The notes beneath the pieces were generated by a model. It had not been told where the DNA came from. It saw only the letters and a list, made by a program, of their open reading frames with translations, and searched no databases. From an uncultured Gemmatimonadales bacterium (GTDB lineage: Bacteria > Gemmatimonadota > Gemmatimonadetes > Longimicrobiales > Gaopeijiaceae), in contig CAWGKG010000005.1 in assembly GCA_963823035.1 (NCBI GenBank), forward strand, positions 64,001 to 128,000: a DNA stretch of 64,000 nucleotides, given 5' to 3'. Each line of letters begins with the position of its first letter. The first letter of the stretch is position 1. This document shows positions 47,223-57,233 of this stretch, in pieces. A program made the translations under genes and the position numbers.

Positions 47223-48188
47223 GGCGGAAGCGCGCGTCGCTGGCCGCGCTCCTCGCGGTGGCGACGGCCCTCCTCCCCGGGCGGCTGACCGCCCAGAGCC
47301 TGGACCGACTCGCGACCTCCTGCAGCGACGCCGGCGGGGACGTGGTGCGCTGCGCCGAGCTCGCAGTGACCGCCCGGGCGCTCCAGGGCCACCTCGGCCT
47401 CATGTCCGGGCTGGGCCCGGAGGTCGCGGGAAGCGCCAGCACGCTCGGGAGGCGGCTGGGGACCACCCCGCGCATCGCGATCGAGGTCCGCGCCGCCTTC
47501 GCACACCTGGGACTCCCCGACCTGGCGGACCCCGGCTCCGAGCCCTCGCGCGAGGCCTCCTTCATCGTGCCCTCCCTACGGGGTGGTGTCACCGCGGGGC
47601 TGTTCGACGGCTTCCAGCTCCTGCCGACCGTGGGGGGCTTCCTGAGCCTGGACCTGTTGGCGCACGGCAGCCTGGTGTTCCTCCCCACCGGAGAGGGATT
47701 CGACGGGAAGGCGACGGCGCTGACACTCGGTGCGCGCTTCGGGCTCCTGCGGGAGTCGTTCACGCTGCCGGGCGTCTCCGTCTCCGTCTCGCGACGCATG
47801 CTCGGGCAGGTCACCTACGGCTCGGCAGAGGGCCCGGGCGGCGGCGAGGTCACGGTGGACCCCACCGTCACTTCGATCCGGGCCACGGTCGGGAAGGACC
47901 TCCTGGCCGTCGGCGTGCTGTTGGGGATGGGCTGGGACCGCTACTCGGGTAGCGCCGACATCGTCGCCGCCACGGACGCAGCGCCGATCACGATCGGGGA
48001 CGGGTCGTTCAAGAGCTCGCGCAGGCTCTGGTTCGCCGGAGCCGCGATGAACTTCCTCGTGCTGCAACTGTCGGCCGAGGTCGGGATGGGCCGGCGGATT
48101 CGACGCGGTGACCGAGTACCGGGGTGCACCCTTCGACCCCACTGGCGGTAACTTCTATGGCAGCGTGGCCTTCCGACTGACCATCTAG
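47219..48188 (+). CDS. Putative outer-membrane beta-barrel protein (frameshift ~48085)
   Basis: Signal peptide and amphipathic strands. The shifted frame ends NFYGSVAFRLTI*. Confidence 0.65.
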
Positions 48189-48234
48189 TGTCCGGGACCG
48201 GACACCGATCACCCCGCGCACAGGAGTCCCCCGA

Positions 48235-49353
48235 GTGTCCCGATCCGGGATCCTCTCCGCCGCGGACGAAGCGCACCTCGAGCGCGCCCGACGGCTCGCC
48301 CGTTCCGGGTGGGGACGGGTCCACCCCAACCCGCTCGTGGGTTGCGTCCTGGTGCGCGACGGCGAGGTGGTGGGGGAGGGGTGGCACCGTGAGTTCGGCG
48401 GACCCCACGCCGAAGTCGTCGCCCTCGAGGCCGCGCTGGGCCGCACGGAAGGCGCCACCGCCTACGTGACCCTGGAGCCGTGTGACCACCAGGGCAAGAC
48501 GCCGCCTTGCACCCAGGCGCTCCTGAGCGCCGGCGTACGCCGCGTCGTCTTCGGCGCGGCCGATCCCGGTGCGGCATCCGGGGGTGGGGCGCGCACGCTT
48601 TCCGACGCCGGTGTGGACACCGTGGGCCCGGTGTGGGACGACGCCACGGCGTTCGCCGAGAACCCGTCCTTCTTCCACCGGCACCGACACGAGACGCCCT
48701 TCGTCGCGCTCAAGCTGGCGATGACGCTGGACGGACGCATCGCGAGCGCGCCGGGGAAGCGTACGCGCATCACCGGGGCCGAGGCCGACGGCCTGGTCCA
48801 CCGACTCCGCTCCGGGTTCGAAGCCCTCCTCGTGGGTGCGGGCACGGCCCGCGCGGACGACCCGCGCCTCACCGTGCGACTGGCTCCTCCAGGTCGCGTC
48901 CCACCGCGGCGTATGCTCCTCGACCCGGCGGCGGGCCTCCCGTCCGACGCGGCACTCTTCGCGGAAGCCGACACGGCACCCGTGCACGTCTTCACGCGGC
49001 GCGACGCACCCGAAGGGGACCTGGAGCGCCTCGAGGTCGCCGGGGCCCACGTGCACCCCGTGGACGGCGAGGGATCGCTTCTCGACCTCCGAGCCGTCCT
49101 GGGCATCTGTCGCGGGCTCGGTATCGGCTCGATCCTGTGCGAGGGGGGTGCCCGTCTGGCCGCCTCCCTCCTGCGGGACCGGCTCGTGGGCCGCCTGTAC
49201 CTGCTGGTCGCTCCCCGGGCGCTCGGGAAAGGTGGGCTGGCCGCCTTCGGCCCCCATGCCGAGGACCTTCCCTGGGACGACTTCCATCGCGTGCTCCCCC
49301 CCGAGGGGTGGGGACGCGACACGCTCATCGTTCTGGATCGGAAGGAGATGTGA
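48235..49353 (+). CDS. ribD: Bifunctional riboflavin deaminase/reductase
   Basis: [38 protein letters not shown]. Confidence 0.96.
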   Translation: MSRSGILSAADEAHLERARRLARSGWGRVHPNPLVGCVLVRDGEVVGEGWHREFGGPHAEVVALEAALGRTEGATAYVTLEPCDHQGKTPPCTQALLSAGVRRVVFGAADPGAASGGGARTLSDAGVDTVGPVWDDATAFAENPSFFHRHRHETPFVALKLAMTLDGRIASAPGKRTRITGAEADGLVHRLRSGFEALLVGAGTARADDPRLTVRLAPPGRVPPRRMLLDPAAGLPSDAALFAEADTAPVHVFTRRDAPEGDLERLEVAGAHVHPVDGEGSLLDLRAVLGICRGLGIGSILCEGGARLAASLLRDRLVGRLYLLVAPRALGKGGLAAFGPHAEDLPWDDFHRVLPPEGWGRDTLIVLDRKEM

Positions 49354-49974
49354 TGTTCACCGGCATCATCGAGAGCACGGGGCGGATCCGCCGCGTCGAG
49401 GACCTCGAGACCACGCGCCGCTTCGTCGTGGAGGCGCCCGCCTTCGCGGGCGAGCTCGCGCCCGGCGACTCGATCGCCGTGGACGGCGCGTGCCTCACCG
49501 CCGTGCTCGCGGACCACGACACCTTCGCGGTGGACGTGATCGGCACGACCTTGGAGCGGACCATCGCCGGTGGATACGCGGCGGGCACCGCCGTGAACCT
49601 CGAGCGCGCCATGCGATATGGATACTCGTCTCGACGGCCATATCGTTCAGGGACATGTGGATGGAGTCGGTCATCTCGTCCAGATTCGAGAAGATGGCGA
49701 ATACTGGCTCATGGACTTCCGGATCCCTGCCGAGGTGGCGGGTACCACGATCCTGCACGGATCCATCGCGCTCAACGGCGTGAGCCTCACGGTGAGCGAC
49801 CTCCCCGAGGAGGACGTGGTCCGGATCGGCATCATCCCCTTCACCTTCGAGCACACGAACCTCGGTGGGCTGGGGCCCGGGGACGCGGTGAACGTGGAGG
49901 GCGACCTCATCGGCAAGTACGTTGGGAAGATCCTGGCCAGGGGCGGACGGGCCGAAGCTCGCCTCGAAGGCTGA
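49353..49974 (+). CDS. ribE: Riboflavin synthase (frameshift ~49620)
   Basis: [22 protein letters not shown] / [24 protein letters not shown]. Confidence 0.95.
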
Positions 49975-49985
49975 AAGGGGACCGC

Positions 49986-51185
49986 ATGTCGTTCGACCGT
50001 GTCGAAGACGCCATCGAGGACATCCGCCGTGGGCGGATGGTCATCGTGGCCGACGACGAGGACCGAGAGAACGAGGGTGATCTGGTCATGGCGGCTGCAT
50101 GCATCACGCCGGACCACATCAACTTCATGACCAAGTACGGCCGCGGGCTCATCTGCGTGCCGATGACCAACGAGCGCGCCGACGAGCTGGACCTTCCGCC
50201 GGTCGCCGACACGAACACCGACCCGCAGGGGACGGCGTTCACGGTCCCGGTGGACGCGCACCGGCGCTACGGCGTCACGACCGGCATCAGCGCCCACGAC
50301 CGCGCGAAGACGATCCAGGTGCTGCTCGACCCGCGCACGAAGTCCACGGACCTGCGCCGACCCGGGCACATGTTCCCCCTGCGCGCCAAGCCGGGCGGCG
50401 TCCTCAGGCGTGTCGGGCAGACGGAGGCCGCCGTCGATCTCGCGCGCCTCGCCGGCCTCGAGCCGATGGGCGTCATCTGCGAGATCCTCAACGCGGACGG
50501 CACGATGGCACGCCGCCCGGAGCTCGAGGCGTTCGCGGAGGAGCACGACCTGCGCTTCATCACGGTGGCCCAGCTGGTGGCCCACCGGCTGACGAAGACG
50601 CGCCTCGTGCGCAGGATCGCAGAGGCCGACCTGCCGACGAAGGCAGGGAGCTTCAAGGTCATCGGCTACGAGAGCATCGTGGACCAGCGCGAGCACCTCG
50701 CGCTGGTGAAGGGCGACGTCGCGGGGAAGGCGAACGTCCTGGTACGCATGCACTCCGAGTGCATGACCGGCGACGTGTTCGGGTCGCTGCGCTGCGACTG
50801 CGGGGAGCAGCTCGCGGCGGCCATGAGCCAGATCGAGGAGGAGGGGCTCGGCGCGATCGTCTACCTGCGCCAGGAGGGGCGGGGGATCGGGCTCGGCAAC
50901 AAGCTCCGCGCGTATTCGCTGCAGGACGAGGGCATGGACACCGTCGAGGCCAACGAGCGGCTCGGGTTCAAACCGGACCTGCGCGACTACGGCATCGGCG
51001 CGCAGATCCTCCTCGACCTCGGCCTCAGCTCGATCCGCCTCCTGACCAACAACCCGCGCAAGATCGTGGGACTCGACGGCTACGACATCGAGATCACCGG
51101 TCGCGAGCCGCTCAAGATCGTGCCCGGGGAGCACAACGAGCGGTACCTGGCCACGAAGCGCTCCAAGCTGGGACACATCCTTTGA
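49986..51185 (+). CDS. ribBA: Bifunctional DHBP synthase/GTP cyclohydrolase II
   Basis: [54 protein letters not shown]. Confidence 0.97.
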   Translation: MSFDRVEDAIEDIRRGRMVIVADDEDRENEGDLVMAAACITPDHINFMTKYGRGLICVPMTNERADELDLPPVADTNTDPQGTAFTVPVDAHRRYGVTTGISAHDRAKTIQVLLDPRTKSTDLRRPGHMFPLRAKPGGVLRRVGQTEAAVDLARLAGLEPMGVICEILNADGTMARRPELEAFAEEHDLRFITVAQLVAHRLTKTRLVRRIAEADLPTKAGSFKVIGYESIVDQREHLALVKGDVAGKANVLVRMHSECMTGDVFGSLRCDCGEQLAAAMSQIEEEGLGAIVYLRQEGRGIGLGNKLRAYSLQDEGMDTVEANERLGFKPDLRDYGIGAQILLDLGLSSIRLLTNNPRKIVGLDGYDIEITGREPLKIVPGEHNERYLATKRSKLGHIL

Positions 51186-51673
51186 GCTCCGAGGGGAGCT
51201 CCGCAGCGGATCGCCGCGGCTCGGTGCGCGCCGAAGGACTGCGCTTCGCCGTCGTCGTCGCCCGCTTCAACGCCGACGTGACCGACCGGCTGCTGCAGGG
51301 CGCCCTCGCTTGCCTTGCCGAGCACGGCGCGCGCGACGAGGACGTGGAGGTGCTGCGCGTCCCCGGGGCGTGGGAGCTGCCGCAGACGGCGGCGCGCCTC
51401 GTGGAGCGCGGCAGGAGCGACGCCATCGTCGCCCTGGGATGCGTCATCCGTGGAGAGACGCCGCACTTCGACTACGTGTGCGCGGAGGCCAGCCGCGGCC
51501 TGGGGGCGGTCGCGCGCGCGTCGCGCATTCCCGTGCTCTTCGGCGTGCTCACGACGGACACGCGGGAGCAGGCGATGGCCCGCGCCGCGGACGGGCCGTC
51601 GAACAAGGGATACGAGACGGCGCTCGCGGCCGCCGAGATGGCCGACCTCTACAGGAGCGCGGAGCTCGCGTGA
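51182..51673 (+). CDS. ribH: Lumazine synthase
   Basis: [35 protein letters not shown]. Confidence 0.96.
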   Translation: MSSEGSSAADRRGSVRAEGLRFAVVVARFNADVTDRLLQGALACLAEHGARDEDVEVLRVPGAWELPQTAARLVERGRSDAIVALGCVIRGETPHFDYVCAEASRGLGAVARASRIPVLFGVLTTDTREQAMARAADGPSNKGYETALAAAEMADLYRSAELA

Positions 51674-52128
51674 TCGCCGGACGGGAAGCGCTGGGACGCG
51701 CCGAGCGCATCGACCGCAGCCGCGCCCGCGCCTGGGCCCTCCAGGTCCACTACCAGTGGGAGAGCACCGGGCGGGGGGGCAGGCTGCGCGACGCGCTCGT
51801 GGACGCGGCCGCCCTGCGACGGATCTCGCCGCGCCGGCTCCCCTACGTGCGCCGTCTGCTCACGCTCATGGACGAGCACCTGGCGGAGGTGGACGCCGCG
51901 ATCCAGGGGGCGCTGGAGAACTGGAGGCTGGAGCGGCTCTCCACCCTCGACCGTGCCGTCCTGCGCGTCGGTGCGACCGAGCTGCTCTTCGTGGAGGACG
52001 TGCCGCCCAAGGTCTCCATCCAGGAGGCGATCCGCCTCGCGGAGCAGTATGGCGGCCCGGATTCGCCGCGCTTCGTGAACGGGGTGATGGACGCCCTCTA
52101 CAAGGGGCTGCCCGAGGCGAAGGGGTGA
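51670..52128 (+). CDS. nusB: Transcription antitermination factor NusB
   Basis: RSRARAWALQ, NWRLERLSTLDRAVLR, PPKVSIQEAI, FVNGVMD. Confidence 0.95.
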   Translation: MIAGREALGRAERIDRSRARAWALQVHYQWESTGRGGRLRDALVDAAALRRISPRRLPYVRRLLTLMDEHLAEVDAAIQGALENWRLERLSTLDRAVLRVGATELLFVEDVPPKVSIQEAIRLAEQYGGPDSPRFVNGVMDALYKGLPEAKG

Positions 52129-53277
52129 CGCCTCCCGAGGTCCGCTCTCACCTTCGGATCCTGGTCGTGAACTGGCAGGACCGGGAGAACCCGCAGGCCG
52201 GCGGCGCCGAGACGCATCTCCACGAGATCTTCGGCCGACTCGCCGGCCGTGGGCACGACGTCACGGTCCTCGCCTCCGGCGTGGCCGGGCGCGGCCCCGC
52301 GCGCGCGCCTCGACGGGATGACCGTCCACCGCACGGGCGGACGTCACACCTTCTCGCTGGCGGCCCCTCGCTACTACCGCCGCCGGCTGCGCGCCGAGCC
52401 CTTCGACGTGGTGGTGGAGGACCTGAACAAGGTGCCCCTCTTCACCCCGACGTGGACGGAGGCGCCCGTCGCGCTCCTGGTGCACCACCTCTTCGGGGGC
52501 ACGGCCTTCCAGGAGGCCTCCTTCGCGGTGGCGGCGGCGACCTGTCTCCTCGAGCTGCCGGTGCCGCGGGCCTTCGCGGGCCGGCCCACGGTGGCGGTGT
52601 CGCACAGCACGCGCGACGACCTCGTCCGCCGCGGGATGGACGGGGACGCGATCGAGGTCATCCCGAACGGCGTGGACCTCGAGACGCTCGCCCCGGTGCC
52701 GGAGCTCGGGCGCTTCGACGAGCCCACGGTGCTCTACCTCGGTCGTCTGAAGCGCTACAAGCGCGTCGACCTCGTGGTGCGGGCCGTCGCGGCGCTGCAG
52801 CGGAGCGGGCGCGGCCCGTCCGGCTGCTGGTGGCGGGGAAGGGCGATCACCTCGACACGCTGCGCGAGCTCGTGGCGGAGCTGGGCGTCGGGGACGCGGT
52901 CGACTTCCTCGGCTTCGTGGACGATGCGCGCAAGCTGGAGCTGTTCCGGCGAAGCTGGGTGCACGTCCTGACGTCCCCGAACGAGGGGTGGGGCATCTCG
53001 AACCTCGAGGCCGCCGCGTGCGGCACGCCCACGGTGTCCAGCGACGCTCCGGGACTGCGCGAATCGGTCGTGGACGGGCGTACCGGCTTCCTCGTACCGC
53101 ACGGAGACGTCGCGACCCTCGCGGACCGCATCGGGGTAGTCCTTGTCGGATGCGGAGCTGCGGGAACGCCTCGGGCGGGGGGCGCGGAGCTTCGCGGAGG
53201 GCTTCTCCTGGGAGGCGTCCGCGGACGCCATGGAGGCTTTCCTCCTCCGGGTGGTAAGGAATTCCCGCGCCGACTAA
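52125..53277 (+). CDS. GT4 family glycosyltransferase (frameshifts ~52280, ~52815, ~53140)
   Basis: ILVVNWQD..NPQAGGAE, VIPNGVD, LGRLKRYK, EGWGISNLEAAACGTP. Confidence 0.9.
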
Positions 53278-53316
53278 CTTGAATGCATCAGGTCACCTTC
53301 CGAGTCGGAGGCCGAG

Positions 53317-53640
53317 TTGAGAGTCCAGATCGCGGCACGTCACTGCGATGTCCCTGATTCCGTTCGCCTGCGCACCGAGGAACAGATGGAGCGCCTCGCC
53401 AAGTACGACCCCAGGGTCGGCGCGGCAGAGGTGGTCTTCGAGGAAGAGAAGCGTACCAAGAAGGTCGAGATCGTCCTCTCCGTGGACCGGAGCGAGCCCG
53501 TCGTGGCCCATGGCGAGGGCGAGGAGTTCCGGACGGCTCTCGACCAGGTGGTCGACCGCCTCAGCCGCATGCTCAAGCGGCAGCGGGCGCAGGCCAAGAG
53601 CCACCAGGCTCCCAGGATCTCCGAGGAAGTGACCGGATAG
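53317..53640 (+). CDS. hpf: Ribosome hibernation promoting factor (short HPF/RaiA)
   Basis: MRVQIAARH...ERLAKY...ALDQVVDRLSRMLKR. Lies upstream of hprK. Confidence 0.85.
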   Translation: MRVQIAARHCDVPDSVRLRTEEQMERLAKYDPRVGAAEVVFEEEKRTKKVEIVLSVDRSEPVVAHGEGEEFRTALDQVVDRLSRMLKRQRAQAKSHQAPRISEEVTG

Positions 53641-53667
53641 CGCAGCCAGCCCCCATCTAGAGGCACG

Positions 53668-54663
53668 TTGAGCCGAAACACCCAAAACTCGAGCCCCGGC
53701 AGCGCGAAGAGCATCCCGGTCCAGGAGATCCTGGACCAGAAGCGCGACACCCTCGGCCTCGAGCTCCTCACACCGGACGTCCCCCTGGATCGTCCGGCCT
53801 CGGACGCGGACGTGTCCAGCCCGGGGCTCGCGCTCGCGGGCTACACGGCGCGCGTCCCCGAAGGCCGCATGTGGGTCTTCGGGGAGACGGAGATGACCTT
53901 CCTGGCCACGCTCCCGCCCGAGACCGTGCGCGAGCACCTCGACCGCCTGTGCGCGTTCGACGTGCCGGCCATCTTCGTCAGCAAGGGTCAGCAGGTGCCG
54001 CGGGAATTCCTGGACGTCGCCACCGCGCGCGGCGTCCCGGTGCTCCTGAGCCACCGGAGCACGAAGTACCTCTACCAGCGTCTCAAGCCGTTCCTCGAGG
54101 CCGCCCTCGCTCCGTCGACGAACCTCCACGGTTCGCTGGCGGACGTCTACGGCGTCGGCCTCCTCTTCGTGGGCGAGAGCGGGGTGGGGAAGAGCGAGTG
54201 CGTGCTGGATCTCGTCGAGCGCGGTCACCGCCTGGTGGCCGACGATCTGGTGCTCGTCTCCAGGCGGGGCAACGACGTCCTCATCGGGCGCGGTCACGAG
54301 CTCCAGCGTCACCACATGGAGATCCGGGGGATCGGGATCATCGACATCCCCTCGCTCTTCGGCATCCGCGCGATCCGGCAGCAGAAGCGCCTCGAGGTGG
54401 TCGTGCAACTCGAGCTGTGGGACGGGCAGCGCAGCTACTCGCGCACGGGCCTGGAGGAGGACGAGGCCGAGATCCTCGGCGTCAGGGTGCCGCGCGTGAC
54501 CGTGCCGCTCAATCCGGGAAAGAACATCACGGTGATCTCCGAGGTCGTGGCCATGAACCACCTCCTGAAGTACTCGGGGATCCACTCCGCGCAGTCCTTC
54601 GACCAGCGCATTCGGGACCAGATGAAGCCCGTCCGCGAGTATCTGGAGCAGGACTATGAGTGA
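53668..54663 (+). CDS. hprK: HPr kinase/phosphorylase
   Basis: LHGSLADVYGVG, GESGVGKSE, GHRLVADD, HHMEIRGIGII. Confidence 0.97.
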   Translation: MSRNTQNSSPGSAKSIPVQEILDQKRDTLGLELLTPDVPLDRPASDADVSSPGLALAGYTARVPEGRMWVFGETEMTFLATLPPETVREHLDRLCAFDVPAIFVSKGQQVPREFLDVATARGVPVLLSHRSTKYLYQRLKPFLEAALAPSTNLHGSLADVYGVGLLFVGESGVGKSECVLDLVERGHRLVADDLVLVSRRGNDVLIGRGHELQRHHMEIRGIGIIDIPSLFGIRAIRQQKRLEVVVQLELWDGQRSYSRTGLEEDEAEILGVRVPRVTVPLNPGKNITVISEVVAMNHLLKYSGIHSAQSFDQRIRDQMKPVREYLEQDYE

Positions 54664-55064
54664 GACCGGGAACACGCCGCCGCTCGCACGCGGGATCGTC
54701 GTCGCGCACGGCACGATGGCCTCGGGCCTCGTGGACGCGGTCCGGCGCATCGCGGGTGGCGCCGCCGATTCCCTCACGCCGCTCTCGAACGAGGGGATGA
54801 GCCCGCAGGAGCTGCGGGGCGCCCTCGAAGCAGCTCGCGGGCGACGGGCCCGTCATCGTGTTCGCGGACCTCCTGTCGGGGAGCTGCGGGATGGCGGCGA
54901 TGGTGTCGTGCAAGGACGGCGGGGGGCGCGCGGTGCTTTGCGGCGTGAACCTCCCCATCCTCCTCGACTTCGTCTTCCACCGTGACCTGCCGCTGGGGCA
55001 GCTCGTTCCCCGGCTCGAGGGGAAGGGACGCGACGGGATCCGTCGTCTCCCGGAAGCGAGCTGA
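54656..55064 (+). CDS. PTS mannose-family EIIA (frameshift ~54830)
   Basis: IVVAHG, FADLLSGSC, CGVNLPILL. Confidence 0.88.
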
Positions 55065-55069
55065 CGGGG

Positions 55070-55549
55070 ATGCCGATCGTCCTCTACCGCATCGACGAGC
55101 GACTCATCCATGGCCAGGTGGTGCTGGGGTGGGGCAACTACCTCCGCCCCGACCGCTTCGTGGTGGTCGACGACGAGCTCGCGGCGAGCGACTGGGAGCA
55201 GGAGCTCTATCGCCTCGGTGCGGGCGATGCGGAGGTCCTCTTCGACTCGGTGGCCGGGGCCCAGGCCCGCCTGCCCGAGTGGCGCAACGACCCGGCACGT
55301 TCCATCCTACTCACGAAGAACGTGGGCACGATGCTGCGCCTTGCCCGCGGCGGCCACCTGAGCGGAGAGAAGGTGAACGTGGGTGGTCTGCACCACGGCC
55401 CGGAGCGCATCGAGGTGCTGAGCTACCTCCATCTGACGGCAGGCGACCGTGCCGACCTCTCGGCGCTGGCCGATGAGGGCGTGGACGTATCCGCGCGGGA
55501 CCTGCCCGATGCCCACAAGGTGCCCCTCGACGGTCTGCTGGGATCGTGA
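55070..55549 (+). CDS. PTS mannose-family EIIB
   Basis: RIDERLIHGQV, VNVGGLH. Confidence 0.93.
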   Translation: MPIVLYRIDERLIHGQVVLGWGNYLRPDRFVVVDDELAASDWEQELYRLGAGDAEVLFDSVAGAQARLPEWRNDPARSILLTKNVGTMLRLARGGHLSGEKVNVGGLHHGPERIEVLSYLHLTAGDRADLSALADEGVDVSARDLPDAHKVPLDGLLGS

Positions 55550-56203
55550 TGGAGCTCGTCTGGATCTCCCTGCTGGGCGGCGTGCTCGCCCTGGACGCCA
55601 CCTCGGTGGGGCAGTTCATGGTGTCCCGGCCGCTCGTCTCCGGGGCGTTCGCGGGCTGGGTCGTGGGCGACGCCACCACGGGGCTCCTCGTGGGCGCCCT
55701 GCTCGAGCTCTACCTCCTCGTGTCCTTCCCCTCCGGCGGCGCCCGCTTCCCCGAGGGCGCGACGGCCACGGTGGTCGCCGTCGCCTCCGCCACGGCGGCG
55801 GCGGGCCCGGGGGCGATCCCCCTGGGCGCCGCGATCGGCCTCGTCTGGGGGCAGGTGGGCGGTGCGACGATCTCGGTCCTGCGCAAGCTCAATGGACGCT
55901 TCGTCCTGGAGCCGGGCGCCACGCAAGCCGGGGCGGGTGGTGGCGATCCACCTGGGCGCCCTGGCCCTGGACTTCGCGCGCGGCACGGCCGTCACGTTCG
56001 TGGGCGCGCTTACGGGCCGCTTCACGGTGACCCTGCTCGCGTCGGCCTGGCCGCTGGACTCCGGGGACTCCCTCGGTCTCCTCCTGGTGGGCGGAGCCGT
56101 CTCGGCAGGCATCCTTCTGCGCAGCCTCGGTGGCTTCCGTCGCAGGCGCCTCCTCTTCGCCCTCGGCGTCGCCGCCGGCCTGGCGGGAGCGCGGTTCCTG
56201 TGA
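55549..56203 (+). CDS. PTS mannose-family EIIC (frameshift ~55930)
   Basis: LALD...QFMVSRPLV, GALLEL, PSGG...PE. Multi-TM. Confidence 0.88.
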
Positions 56204-56952
56204 TGGCGGCCCTGACGCGTCGGGCCCTTGCGGCGGCGTTCGCCCGCTCGTTCCTCATCCAGGGATCGTGGAACAACCGCACGATGCTGGGATCCGGCTT
56301 CGCCTTCGCGATGCTTCCGGCGCTGAGGCGGATCTTCCTGGACGATCCCAAGGCGTTCGAGGCCTCGCTCGGCAGGCACCTCGAGCACTTCAACGCGCAC
56401 CCCTACCTGTGCAGCGTCGCGCTCGGCGCCGCGGTCCGGCTCGAGGCCGACGGCGAGGACGCCGAATCCGTCCGCCGCTTCAAGACGGCCGTGCGCGGCC
56501 CCCTCGGCGGGCTCGGCGACGCGCTCGTATGGGCGGCGTGGCTTCCCGCGGTCTCGATGGCCGCGCTGGCTCTCGTCTGGCTCGGAGCGCCGGGTTGGGT
56601 GGCCGTGATGGTCTTCCTGGTGGTCTACAACCTCGGGCACCTGGGTCTGCGAGCCTGGGGATTCCGTGCCGGGCTGGCCGAAGGCCGCGACGTGGCCCGG
56701 TCGCTCACGCGGGCGTCGCTCAGCGCCTGGACCGAACGCGTCCGTGCCCTGGCTGCGCTCCTTCTCGGCCTGCTGGTGGGCTCTCTCCTCGGCGGCGAAG
56801 GCGGGCTGGGCGAGGCCGGCGCCGTGTGGGGTGGGCTGGCCGCCGCGGCCTTCGTGGGCGGAGAGCTCGTGGGGCACCGGCTGTGGCGGCCCACGGCCGT
56901 GGCCGTGGTGGCCGCCGTCGCCCTCGTCGCGACGTGGGGGTGGCTGCAATGA
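56203..56952 (+). CDS. PTS mannose-family EIID
   Basis: RSFLIQGSWN, RHLEHFNAHPY, GPLGGLGDALVW. Confidence 0.92.
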   Translation: MAALTRRALAAAFARSFLIQGSWNNRTMLGSGFAFAMLPALRRIFLDDPKAFEASLGRHLEHFNAHPYLCSVALGAAVRLEADGEDAESVRRFKTAVRGPLGGLGDALVWAAWLPAVSMAALALVWLGAPGWVAVMVFLVVYNLGHLGLRAWGFRAGLAEGRDVARSLTRASLSAWTERVRALAALLLGLLVGSLLGGEGGLGEAGAVWGGLAAAAFVGGELVGHRLWRPTAVAVVAAVALVATWGWLQ

Positions 56953-57230
56953 CGGACGACGGACGCGTCATGCGCGAGGTACAGATCGTGAACCGCGCCG
57001 GCATGCACGCACGCCCCGCCGCCGAGTTCGTGAAGACGGCCGGCAGGTTCTCGGCCGAGATCACGGTCGAGAAGGACGGCCTGGAGGTGAACGGAAAGAG
57101 CATCATGGGCGTGCTCATGTTGGCTGCCGAGCAGGGAAGCCGGCTGCTCCTCTGCGCCTCGGGGCAGGACGCCACCGCCGCGCTCGAAGCCCTCGGCGAC
57201 CTCGTCGGCCGCGGGTTCGAGGAGGTGTAG
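56949..57230 (+). CDS. ptsH: Phosphocarrier HPr
   Basis: GMHARPA (His15) and NGKSIMGV (Ser46). Confidence 0.96.
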   Translation: MTDDGRVMREVQIVNRAGMHARPAAEFVKTAGRFSAEITVEKDGLEVNGKSIMGVLMLAAEQGSRLLLCASGQDATAALEALGDLVGRGFEEV

Positions 57231-57233
57231 ACG

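Noticed and set aside
48189..48234. FMN riboswitch upstream of ribD
   Set aside because: The gap is only ~46 bp and lacks RFN consensus motifs.
55546..56952. Apparent EIIC-EIID fusion
   Set aside because: The EIIC C-terminus lies in ORF 55862..56203, ending in a TGATG overlap with EIID. This is an indel artefact.
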